64,000 nucleotides of DNA from Trueperaceae bacterium (GTDB lineage Bacteria > Deinococcota > Deinococci > Deinococcales > Trueperaceae): contig JAXHLW010000013.1 in NCBI GenBank assembly GCA_034521815.1, positions 1,760,001 to 1,824,000 of the forward strand, given 5' to 3'. The notes beneath the pieces are model-generated. The model worked only from the letters and a program-made list of their open reading frames with translations, had not been told where the DNA came from and searched no databases. The translations under genes were made by a program, and so were the position numbers. This document shows positions 55,828-64,000 of the stretch, one piece after another. Positions within the stretch are counted from its first letter, which is position 1, and every line of letters begins with the position of its first letter.

Positions 55828-56604
55828 GTCACCGGCGCGTCGTCCGGAATCGGCCTGGAGCTGGCCCGCGCCTTCGCGCGCCGCGATCACGACCTCGTCC
55901 TCACCGCCCGGAGCCGCGACGCGCTTCACGCCTTGGCCGACGAGCTGCACGCCGCGCACGGCGTCGCGGTCGAGGTGGTGCCGGAGGACCTCGCGCGGCC
56001 CGGCGGTCCGGCCGCCCTGGTCGACGCGCTAACGGCCGGCGGACACCGGATCGACGTCCTCGTGAACAACGCCGGCTTCGCGACGCACGGGCGTTTCGAC
56101 GACATCGCGCTGGAGACCGGCATCGAGGAGGCGCGCCTGAACATGCTCGCGCCCACCTGGCTGATGAAACGGCTGCTGCCCGGAATGGTGCGGCGCGGAA
56201 CGGGCGGCGTGCTGAACGTCGCCTCGACCGCCGGGTTCCAGCCGGGACCCGGCATGGCCGTGTACTACGCGACGAAGGCGTACGTCCTGCACCTCAGCGA
56301 AGCGGTCGCGGAGGAGCTGGCAGGCAGCGGCGTGACGATCACCGCGCTCTGCCCCGGCCCGACCGAGAGCGGGTTCCAGGCCCGGGCGGGCATGGAGGGC
56401 TCACGGCTCGAGCGACGCCGGGGCCTGTTCCAGCATCCCGCCGACGTCGCCGAGGCGGGCGTCCGCGCGTTCGAAAGGGGCCAGCGCGTGTACGTGCCGG
56501 GCACGGCGAACCGGCTGGCGGCCCTGGCCCCTCGGCTTCTGCCGCGGGCGTGGACCACGAAACTCATCGGCTGGCTGCACGAGCGCCCGGGCGAGACGCC
56601 CTAG
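55768..56604 (+). CDS. SDR family oxidoreductase (DltE-like)
   Basis: TGASSGIG, NNAG, NVAS, YYATK, LCPGPT; AAGGAG SD before GTG 55768. Confidence 0.92.
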   Translation: MPTATVPTATMPTATMPTALVTGASSGIGLELARAFARRDHDLVLTARSRDALHALADELHAAHGVAVEVVPEDLARPGGPAALVDALTAGGHRIDVLVNNAGFATHGRFDDIALETGIEEARLNMLAPTWLMKRLLPGMVRRGTGGVLNVASTAGFQPGPGMAVYYATKAYVLHLSEAVAEELAGSGVTITALCPGPTESGFQARAGMEGSRLERRRGLFQHPADVAEAGVRAFERGQRVYVPGTANRLAALAPRLLPRAWTTKLIGWLHERPGETP

Positions 56605-56633
56605 CCCGGATCGCTCAGCCCGGATCGCTCAGC

Positions 56634-57047
56634 TCAGCTCAGCTCGGGGAAGAACAGGCCGATCTCGCGCACCGCGGTGCCGGGCGCGTCGGAGCCGTGC
56701 GCGACGTTCTCGTCGATCGTGGTGGCGAAGTCGCCCCGGATCGTGCCGGGGGCGGCGTCGGCGGGGTTGGTGGCGCCCATCATGCCGCGCCAGCCGGCGA
56801 TGGCGTTCTCGCCCTCGAGCACCATGGCGACGACGGGGCCGCCGGTGATGAACTCGACGAGACCGTCGAAGAACGGCTTGCCGGCGTGCTCGCCGTAGTG
56901 CTTCTCGGCGGTGGCGCGCGGGATCGTCATCTGTTTGAGGGCGATCACGTCGTAGCCCTTGGCCTCGATGCGCGAGACGAGCTCGCCCACGAGGCGACGG
57001 CGGACGCCGTCAGGCTTGATCATGGCGAAGGTGCGTTCGATGCTCAT
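56634..57047 (-). CDS. ndk: nucleoside diphosphate kinase
   Basis: [43 protein letters not shown]. Confidence 0.98.
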   Translation of the reverse strand: MSIERTFAMIKPDGVRRRLVGELVSRIEAKGYDVIALKQMTIPRATAEKHYGEHAGKPFFDGLVEFITGGPVVAMVLEGENAIAGWRGMMGATNPADAAPGTIRGDFATTIDENVAHGSDAPGTAVREIGLFFPELS

Positions 57048-57137
57048 GGGCCGGAATCTACCACGCGTCCGGCACGGCGGGCCGCGTCCCCGGGTGGGAC
57101 GCCGACGGACGACGCTCGTCGGCCGTTCCGGCGGCCC

Positions 57138-57731
57138 TCAGCCGGCCACGATCGCGTCGAGCTGCGCCAGGTGGTTCAGGTCGTGTCCGGCCAGGAACCG
57201 CACCAGCTCGTCGACCGTCTCGGTCTCATCGCGCTCGGGATGGTGGTACGACGCCAGCCAGTCCGCCAGCTCCAGCCGGGCGAGCCACGCCAGGTTCCAG
57301 GCGCGCAGCGCGCCGAACGACGCGATGGCCAGCGCCGGATCCATGCGCGAGTAGGCACGTGCCCAGGCGTCCTGGTCGTACGGCTGCGCGACGTGGAGCG
57401 GCCGAGGGCGTCCTGCCTGCGCGCCATCCGTCCCGCTCCCTTCCGCATGAGACGCTTCCGCATCGGACCCTTCCCCATCGGCCGCGTCCGCCTCGCGAGC
57501 CAGGGCGGCCGCCGCCACCGCCTGCCGTGCCCGGAACGAGAACCCGATCTCCTGGTCGCTCAGGTGCGCCACGATCTCGCGGCCGGTCCAGCCGCCCGGT
57601 CGCCAGGGGGCGTTCCAGTCGGTGCGCGGGTCGGCAGCGGCCGCGTCCAGCCGCGCCGGCGTGGCCCGGAGCGTGACGATGGGGTCTCGGTCGCCCAGCA
57701 GGGCGGCGAGGCGGGCGAGGTACGGATCCAT
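57138..57731 (-). CDS. DinB/YfiT family protein
   Basis: PGGWTGREIVAHLSDQE, PYDQDAWA, HPER, LAGHDLNHLAQL. Confidence 0.85.
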   Translation of the reverse strand: MDPYLARLAALLGDRDPIVTLRATPARLDAAAADPRTDWNAPWRPGGWTGREIVAHLSDQEIGFSFRARQAVAAAALAREADAADGEGSDAEASHAEGSGTDGAQAGRPRPLHVAQPYDQDAWARAYSRMDPALAIASFGALRAWNLAWLARLELADWLASYHHPERDETETVDELVRFLAGHDLNHLAQLDAIVAG

Positions 57732-57775
57732 GCGCGGCAGGCTAGCACCCGTCGTCGCGAGACGGGGGCGCTGGC

Positions 57776-58825
57776 TCATTCCTCGGGCGAGGCGACGGGC
57801 AGATCGCCGTCGTCGAACGCCGCGCGAACCGCCGCGACGACCTGCGGATCGAACTGGGTACCGGCCTGAGCCTCGAGCTCCGCCATCGCCGCGGCCGGCG
57901 TGCGCGCCGCCTGGTGGCTGCGGTGGTACGTCATCACGTCGAACGCGTCCACCGCCGCCACGATCCGTCCCTCGAGCGGGATCGCCTCGCCCTTCAGCCC
58001 CTCGGGGTAGCCGCCGCCGTCCCACCGCTCGTGATGCGTCAGCGCCACCGAAGCCGCGAGTCGCAGCAGCGGCGCGCTACCGCCGCTCAGCAGCCGGTGA
58101 CCGACCGCGGAATGCGTCCGAACGACGGACAGCTCCTGCGGCGTGAGCTTGCCCGGCTTGAGAAGGATCCCGTCAGGGACAGCGATCTTGCCGACATCGT
58201 GCAGTCGGGCGGCCCGGACCAACAGCGCGCGCCAGCCGGGATCCGCTCCCAGCCTGGCAGCCACCAGCTCGGAGCCGCGCGCGACCCGCCAGACGTGGCG
58301 GCCGGCCTGATCGTCGCGGTACTCGGCGACGAGCGCCAGGCGGGCCAGCGTCTCGACGTGCGCCCGCTCGAGCTCCAAGGTGCGCTCGCGCACCAGCCGC
58401 TCCAGCCGGTCGTTCTCGTTCTGAAGCTGCCGATGGAACGAGCGGGCCTCGAGCAGGTTGTGAATGCGCAGCAGCACCTCGGCGCTGCGTACCGGCTTGG
58501 CGAGGAAGTCGCGCACCCCGGACGCCAGGGCGCGCTCGCGCAGGTCGAGGCGCTCGTCCGCGGTGAGCATCAGGATCGGCAGGTAGCTCGGCATCAGGGG
58601 CTGCAGCGCGTGGACCACCTCGAGGCCGTCCATGCCCGGCATGTGGAAGTCGGTGAGGACCAGGTCGGGCTGCACCTCGCGGAACCGCTCGACCGACCGG
58701 GTCGGATCGTTCAGCGTGTGGACGTTCCGGTAGCCGTCGCGCGTCAGGATGCTGCGCAGCACGACGAGGTTCGACTCCTCGTCGTCGATCAGGAGGATCG
58801 ACATGCGTTTCAAGTCGTCGGACAC
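57776..58825 (-). CDS. response regulator with HD-GYP domain (RpfG-like)
   Basis: LLIDDE, LTDFHMPGMDG, FLAKP; EYRDD, LHDVGK, HHERWDGGGYP. Confidence 0.92.
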   Translation of the reverse strand: MSDDLKRMSILLIDDEESNLVVLRSILTRDGYRNVHTLNDPTRSVERFREVQPDLVLTDFHMPGMDGLEVVHALQPLMPSYLPILMLTADERLDLRERALASGVRDFLAKPVRSAEVLLRIHNLLEARSFHRQLQNENDRLERLVRERTLELERAHVETLARLALVAEYRDDQAGRHVWRVARGSELVAARLGADPGWRALLVRAARLHDVGKIAVPDGILLKPGKLTPQELSVVRTHSAVGHRLLSGGSAPLLRLAASVALTHHERWDGGGYPEGLKGEAIPLEGRIVAAVDAFDVMTYHRSHQAARTPAAAMAELEAQAGTQFDPQVVAAVRAAFDDGDLPVASPEE

Positions 58826-58901
58826 GCCGCTACCATAGCGTCCGGGGCGGACGGCGGGAATGAATTCTGCCCGCCCCGGTGCACGGTCGTGCGGCTCTAC
58901 C

Positions 58902-60368
58902 TCAGAGTCCGGCGCGGATCACCACCCGAACCCCTTCGAGAAGCCCGTACCAGACGCTCGGGAACAGGCCCAGGGCGACCGTGCCGGCGGCGGCCAGACC
59001 GATGGCCCAATTCGCGGGCGCGCTGCGCAGGGGCGTGCCCTCACCGCCCTTCGCCAGCCACATGGCCCAGACGACGCGCAGGTAGTACACGACGGCCACC
59101 ACGGCGGTGATCAGCGCCAGCACCGCCAGCGCGGTCCAGCCCGCCTGCAGCGCGGCTTGCACGGCCAGCGCCTTGCCGAAGAACCCGGCCAGCGGCGGGA
59201 GCCCGGCCAGACTGAACAGGAACAGCGTCATGGCGATCGCCAGGCCGGGCCGGCGCGTGCCGAGGCCCTCCCAGGCCTCGATCCGGTCGCCGCGCGGGTC
59301 GTCGCCCATCACCTGGCTCAGCACCGCGAACGCGCCCGCGTTCATCACCGTGTACGCCAGCAGGTACCAGGCGACGGTCTGCTGCCCCAGCATGCCCTGG
59401 CCGGCGGCCAGGACGGCCAGGCCCAGGTAGCCCGCGTGCGCCACGGCCGAGTAGGCCAGCATGCGCTTCACGCCGCTCTGCAGCAGCGCGCCGAAGTTCC
59501 CGACCAGGAGCGTCAGCGCCACCAGCGCGGCCAGGATCGTGTCCAGCTCCGGCAGCGCTTGCGGCCACGCCAGCGCGAACACGCGCACCAACGCGCCGAA
59601 CGCCGCCGCCTTGACGACGACGCTCATGAACGCCGTCACCGGGGTAGGCGCTCCGGTGTACACGTCCGGCGCCCACTGGTGGAACGGCGCGAACGAGACC
59701 TTGAACCCCAGGCCGGCCAGGACCAGGACGCCGCCCAACAGCGCCAGCGGCGCGGTCGGTCCCTCGCCCAGCGCCGCAGCGACCGCCGTGTACGCGAACG
59801 CACCGGTGGCGCCGTACACGAGCGCGACGCCGTAGATCAGCACGGCGGAGGCGAACGCGCCCAGCAGGAAGTACTTCAGGCCGGCCTCTTCGCTCTGGCG
59901 GTCGCCGTCCCGCCAGGCGGACAGCGCGTAGACGGCCAGCGAGAGGATCTCGAGGCCGAGCAACAGCACCACGAAGTCGGCGGCGTGGATCATGACGATG
60001 GCGCCGGCGGTCGCGAGCAGCAGCAGCGGGTAGTACTCGGGCCGGTCCATGCCGGTCCGGGCCAGCGCGTCCCAGCCGATCAGCACGGCCAGGAACGCTC
60101 CGATCAGCACCGTGAGGGCCAGCCCCGCCGAGGGCGCGTCGACCTGCCATTGCAGCCCGAACGAGGTCACGGGGACGCCACCGGCGGCGTCCATCAGCCG
60201 AAGGCCGGCGAACAGAGCGGCCACCAGCAGGCCGAGCACCGCGAGCGCTCCGCCGTTGCGGGCGTCGCCGGTCGTCACGCCGATGAGCAGGGCGGCCGAC
60301 GCGGTGATCAGGAGCGTGAGCAGCGGTGCCAGCGGCAGCAGGGCCATCCCATCGGGGGGCGTGATCAT
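58902..60368 (-). CDS. nuoN: NADH-quinone oxidoreductase subunit N
   Basis: LEILSL, EAGLKYFLLGA, FKVSFAPFHQWAPDVYTGAP, KRMLAYS, SLAGLPP.AGF.GK. Confidence 0.96.
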   Translation of the reverse strand: MITPPDGMALLPLAPLLTLLITASAALLIGVTTGDARNGGALAVLGLLVAALFAGLRLMDAAGGVPVTSFGLQWQVDAPSAGLALTVLIGAFLAVLIGWDALARTGMDRPEYYPLLLLATAGAIVMIHAADFVVLLLGLEILSLAVYALSAWRDGDRQSEEAGLKYFLLGAFASAVLIYGVALVYGATGAFAYTAVAAALGEGPTAPLALLGGVLVLAGLGFKVSFAPFHQWAPDVYTGAPTPVTAFMSVVVKAAAFGALVRVFALAWPQALPELDTILAALVALTLLVGNFGALLQSGVKRMLAYSAVAHAGYLGLAVLAAGQGMLGQQTVAWYLLAYTVMNAGAFAVLSQVMGDDPRGDRIEAWEGLGTRRPGLAIAMTLFLFSLAGLPPLAGFFGKALAVQAALQAGWTALAVLALITAVVAVVYYLRVVWAMWLAKGGEGTPLRSAPANWAIGLAAAGTVALGLFPSVWYGLLEGVRVVIRAGL

Positions 60369-61891
60369 GGCTCACCTCCCAGGGCGAGGTCAGGGGTCGG
60401 TATCGCGTCCTCGCCGGCCGAGACGCTCTGGGCGCCGCCGGGCGGGATCTCGCCGGTCGTCTCGCTGGTCGTCTCGACCTCGAGCTCCAGGGCGACGACC
60501 GTGGCGGCGTCGATGCGGGCGATCTGCGGCGCGGGCGCCAGGCCCAGCCACAGGATGCCGGCCACGATGGGCGCCATCACGAGAACGTCCAACGGGGACA
60601 GGTCGCGTGTGCCCTCGCGGGCGCGGCCTTGGTACAGGCGCTGGTAGGTGTTCACGCCGTACACGCCGGCGGCGACGACGGAGCCCGCCACCGCGGCCGA
60701 GATCAGCCACGGCGACGCGGCGAACCCGCCCATCAGGCTCATGAACTCGCCGGGGAAGTTCGACAGCCCCGGCACGCCGATGGCGGCGAACAGGACCAGC
60801 AGCGTGACCGCGGCGAGAGCCGGGGCGCTCTTGGCCAGCCCGCCGAACGCGTCGAGCTCGAACGTGCCGCGGCGGCGATGCAGCATGCCGGTGAGCAGGA
60901 ACAGCCCGCCGGTCGACAGCATCTGCGCGGCCAGCAGGATCATCGCGCCCGTCATTCCGGCCGCGGTGAGCGAGAACACGCCCACGCCGACGATCCCCAT
61001 GTGCGACAGCGACATGTACGCCATCAGCGACTTCAGGTCCTTCTGCTGCGTGGCGGCCAGGCCGCCCCAGACGGCGGTCACCGCCGCGAGCGTCAGCAGC
61101 CAGGGCTGGAACGCCTGCGCGCCCAGCGGGAGCAGCGGGATCGCCCAAGCGAAGAAGCCGAAGCCGCCGACCTTGTACAGCGTGCCGGCGACGTCCGCGA
61201 CGCCCGAGGGGTGGTTCTGGCGGTGGAAGTCGATCAGCCAGGAGTGCAGCGGGAACAGCGGCAGCTTGACCGCGAACGCCGCCACGAAGCCGGCGAACAG
61301 CCACGCCTGCGTGACGGGGTCCAGCGCCCGCGCGGCGGGCAGGAGGTCGGCGAAGGCGTAGCTCTCGGCGCCGGACAGGGGGCGCAGCGCCAGGATCGAG
61401 GCCAGCATCAGGAACGATCCGGACACGGCGTAGACCAGGTACTTCGTCACGGCGCCGCGGCGACGTTCGCCGCCGAACAGCCCCAGCATCAGCAGGCTGG
61501 GGATCAGCGTCGCCTCCCAGAACACGTACGTCAGCACCAGATCCGACGCCAGGAACAGACCGTTCAGGCTGGCCTGCATCACCAGCAGGAGCGCCAGGAA
61601 CGTGGGCGCGTCCCGGTCGCCGACGTGGCGGCCGGCGGTGATGACGGTCGGGATCATCGTCAGCGCCGCTGCGAGGATCAGGACCGAGGACGCCCCTGCG
61701 GGATCGAGACCGATCCCGATCCCCAGAGCGGGGAGCCAGGCGATCTGGATCGCCGGAGCGCCGGCCAGGAAGGTGGCCACCAGGAACGTGGCCAGCGTGC
61801 CGACGAGCGCGACCACGCCGGCGCCCCGCCTCGGAAGGCGCCAGGCCACGATCGCGGCGATGAGCGGAATCAGAACGGCGGCGGCGGTCAT
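60365..61891 (-). CDS. nuoM: NADH-quinone oxidoreductase subunit M
   Basis: FWEATLIP, FAVKLPLFPLHSWL, DLKSLMAY.S.SHMG, PGLSNFPGEF. Confidence 0.96.
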   Translation of the reverse strand: MTAAAVLIPLIAAIVAWRLPRRGAGVVALVGTLATFLVATFLAGAPAIQIAWLPALGIGIGLDPAGASSVLILAAALTMIPTVITAGRHVGDRDAPTFLALLLVMQASLNGLFLASDLVLTYVFWEATLIPSLLMLGLFGGERRRGAVTKYLVYAVSGSFLMLASILALRPLSGAESYAFADLLPAARALDPVTQAWLFAGFVAAFAVKLPLFPLHSWLIDFHRQNHPSGVADVAGTLYKVGGFGFFAWAIPLLPLGAQAFQPWLLTLAAVTAVWGGLAATQQKDLKSLMAYMSLSHMGIVGVGVFSLTAAGMTGAMILLAAQMLSTGGLFLLTGMLHRRRGTFELDAFGGLAKSAPALAAVTLLVLFAAIGVPGLSNFPGEFMSLMGGFAASPWLISAAVAGSVVAAGVYGVNTYQRLYQGRAREGTRDLSPLDVLVMAPIVAGILWLGLAPAPQIARIDAATVVALELEVETTSETTGEIPPGGAQSVSAGEDAIPTPDLALGGEP

Positions 61892-63825
61892 GCCCGCACC
61901 CCCATCCAGGCGACGAGGATCACGAGCACGCCCACTCCGACGAACATCGTGAAGGCGTAGCTGCGGACGAAGCCGGACTGCAGTCGGGCGGCCAGCCGGC
62001 CGAACAGGCCCAGCGCGCTGCCGAGCCCCAGCAGGCCCCGGTCGACGAGGTCCCGGTCCAGGACGGCCACACCGCTCGCGGTGCCTTCGGCGCCGCCGAT
62101 GAACAGCGCGCGATACGCGGCGTCGAAGCCCAAGCCGCTACGCGACAGACGCGCCAAGCGCCCCTCGGCCAGGCCACGCACCGGTGCTCCCCCTCGGGCG
62201 GCGTAGATCCACCACCCCAGCGCCAGACCCACTCCCGCGGCGACGATCGACGCCAGGATCAACGTCCACTCGACCCAGGCGGCGGGGTGACGGAAGGGAA
62301 CCTCGGTCAGCCCGCCCAGGGTGGCGGGCTCCAGCCAGTGCGCGATCCAGTTCGGGAACGCGAACTCGGGCAGGCCCAGGTAGCCGGCGAACACGGCGAA
62401 GAACGCCAGCACCATCAGGGGGACCGTCATGGTGGCGGGCGACTCGTGCACGCGCGCCGCGGCCTTCGCGTCCATGCGGCTCTTCCCGCCGAAGATGCCG
62501 TAGTACCAGCGGAACATGTAGAACGCCGTCAGCGCCGCGGTGACCAGCAACACGCCGTACAGGCCGTAGGTGCCGTAGCCGTCCAGGTGAAGGCTGGTGA
62601 ACGCGTGCGCCAGGATGGCGTCCTTGCTGAAGAAGCCGGACAGCAGCGGCACGCCGGCGATCGCCAACGTGGCGATCAGGCTGGTCGTGCCGGTGATCTT
62701 CATCTTCGCGCCCAGGCCTCCCATGCGGCGGATGTCCTGCTCGCCGCCCAGCGCGTGGATCACCGAGCCGGACCCCAGGAACAGCAGCGCCTTGAAGAAC
62801 GCGTGGGTGAACACGTGGAAGATCGCCACCCAGTACGCGCCGACGCCCACCGCGACGAACATGTAGCCCAGCTGGCTGATCGTCGAGTAGGCCAGGATCT
62901 TCTTGATGTCCGTCTGCCCCAGCGCCGCGAGGGCGGCGACCAGCGCGGTGAGCGCGCCGACCCAGGCGACGGCGGCCGAGGCCAGCGGCGTCATGCTGAA
63001 CAGCGGCGCGGTGCGTGCGATCAGGTAGACGCCCGCGGTGACCATCGTCGCGGCGTGGATCAGGGCCGAGACCGGCGTCGGGCCGGCCATGGCATCGGGC
63101 AGCCAGACCTGCAGCGGAAGCTGCGCGGACTTGCCGGCCGCCGCGACCAGCAGGAAGAGGCCGATCAGCGCCGCCGTGCCGGAGCCGAACGCCAGCCCCA
63201 CGGCCGCGGCGTTCACCTCGGCGATGTTCAGGGTGCCGAAGGTCGCGACCATCAGGAACATCGCGAGCAGGAAGCCGACGTCGCCGATGCGGTTGACGAT
63301 GAACGCCTTGCGCGCGGCGTCGGCGTTGGCCTTGGTCTGGTACCAGAAGCCGATCAGCAGGAACGAGGCGACGCCCACGCCCTCCCAGCCCACGAACATC
63401 AGCACGAACGAGTCGGCCAGGACCAGCACCGACATCGCGGCGATGAACAGGTTCAGGAACGAGAAGTAGCGCGAGTAGCCGGCGTCGGCGTGCATGTAGC
63501 CGACCGAGTAGAGGTGGATCAGGGTGCCGACGCCGGTAATGACCAGCATCATCAGCACGCTCAGCGGATCCACCATCACGCCCAGCGACAGCTCGAACGT
63601 GCCGGCCTGCAGGTAGGGCCACAGCTCCAAGCCGACGCGCGCCTGCTCGCGGCCCTGCAGCGCGACGAACGCGACGAGGGAGAGCACGAAGCCGCTGGCG
63701 GCCACCGCGGTCGCGAGCACGCCCGGGAACGGCTCCCGGAACGAGCGTCCGAACAGGCCGTTGATCAGCGCGCCGATCAACGCGATGGCGGGCACCAGGG
63801 CGATCCATGCGGCGGGGTCGCTCAT
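61888..63825 (-). CDS. nuoL: NADH-quinone oxidoreductase subunit L
   Basis: FVGWEGVG, KAFIVNRIGD, KSAQLPLQVWLPDAMAGPTPVSALIHAATMV, THAFFKALLFL. Confidence 0.97.
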   Translation of the reverse strand: MSDPAAWIALVPAIALIGALINGLFGRSFREPFPGVLATAVAASGFVLSLVAFVALQGREQARVGLELWPYLQAGTFELSLGVMVDPLSVLMMLVITGVGTLIHLYSVGYMHADAGYSRYFSFLNLFIAAMSVLVLADSFVLMFVGWEGVGVASFLLIGFWYQTKANADAARKAFIVNRIGDVGFLLAMFLMVATFGTLNIAEVNAAAVGLAFGSGTAALIGLFLLVAAAGKSAQLPLQVWLPDAMAGPTPVSALIHAATMVTAGVYLIARTAPLFSMTPLASAAVAWVGALTALVAALAALGQTDIKKILAYSTISQLGYMFVAVGVGAYWVAIFHVFTHAFFKALLFLGSGSVIHALGGEQDIRRMGGLGAKMKITGTTSLIATLAIAGVPLLSGFFSKDAILAHAFTSLHLDGYGTYGLYGVLLVTAALTAFYMFRWYYGIFGGKSRMDAKAAARVHESPATMTVPLMVLAFFAVFAGYLGLPEFAFPNWIAHWLEPATLGGLTEVPFRHPAAWVEWTLILASIVAAGVGLALGWWIYAARGGAPVRGLAEGRLARLSRSGLGFDAAYRALFIGGAEGTASGVAVLDRDLVDRGLLGLGSALGLFGRLAARLQSGFVRSYAFTMFVGVGVLVILVAWMGVRA

Positions 63826-64000
63826 AGCCTCACCTCCGAAAGGGTGTCGACGTCGGTGCTGACGCGGTCACGGAAGATCGTGACCAGGATTCCCAGCCCG
63901 ACGGCCACCTCGGCCGCGGCGATCGCGAGCACGATGAACACGACGGTCTGGCCGGACATCGCGACCTGCGTGCCGGCGGCGGCCCACTGCCGCGCGAACG
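63822..64000 (-). CDS. nuoK: NADH-quinone oxidoreductase subunit K (3' part only)
   Basis: Manual translation GQTVVFIVLAIAAAEVAVGLGILVTIFRDRVSTDVDTLSEVRL*; stop overlaps the nuoL start. Confidence 0.93.
   Translation of the reverse strand, partial: FARQWAAAGTQVAMSGQTVVFIVLAIAAAEVAVGLGILVTIFRDRVSTDVDTLSEVRL

Overview
Very GC-rich bacterial chromosomal segment, densely coding (about 55 genes). It is most consistent with Deinococcota, possibly Truepera-like. That call is inference from the style of AlaS, TruB and Nuo and from many genes having a TANNNT -10 box 5-8 nt before the start codon, which suggests leaderless mRNAs. Content is mostly housekeeping (alaS-ruvX-mltG, coaX, dcd, rarA, truB, ald, ruvA, amn, aspC, ndk, nuoKLMN), transport (TRAP, PhnDCEE-like, UgpBAE-like, NatAB-like, MFS x2, MATE, EamA) and signalling (RIO1 kinase, PAS-GGDEF, two HD-GYP proteins, one OmpR-type two-component pair). 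I saw no rRNA, tRNA, CRISPR array, integrase or transposase. Highlights: (1) a deletion scar near 49857 truncates both a BTAD/NB-ARC regulator and an AbiEii toxin, leaving an orphan AbiEi antitoxin with its inverted-repeat operator; (2) a catalytically degenerate TPR-CPBP(Abi) membrane protein lies divergent from an exported protein/RR/HK operon, a candidate multi-component signalling system; (3) a degenerate FMN alpha-hydroxy-acid-oxidase-like gene is coupled to ruvA; (4) a ~95-aa beta module is shared by two unrelated exported hydrolases; (5) 9-15 bp micro-duplications are pervasive, and two probable single-base frameshifts are present. All calls come from motif recognition by eye; no database searches were run.
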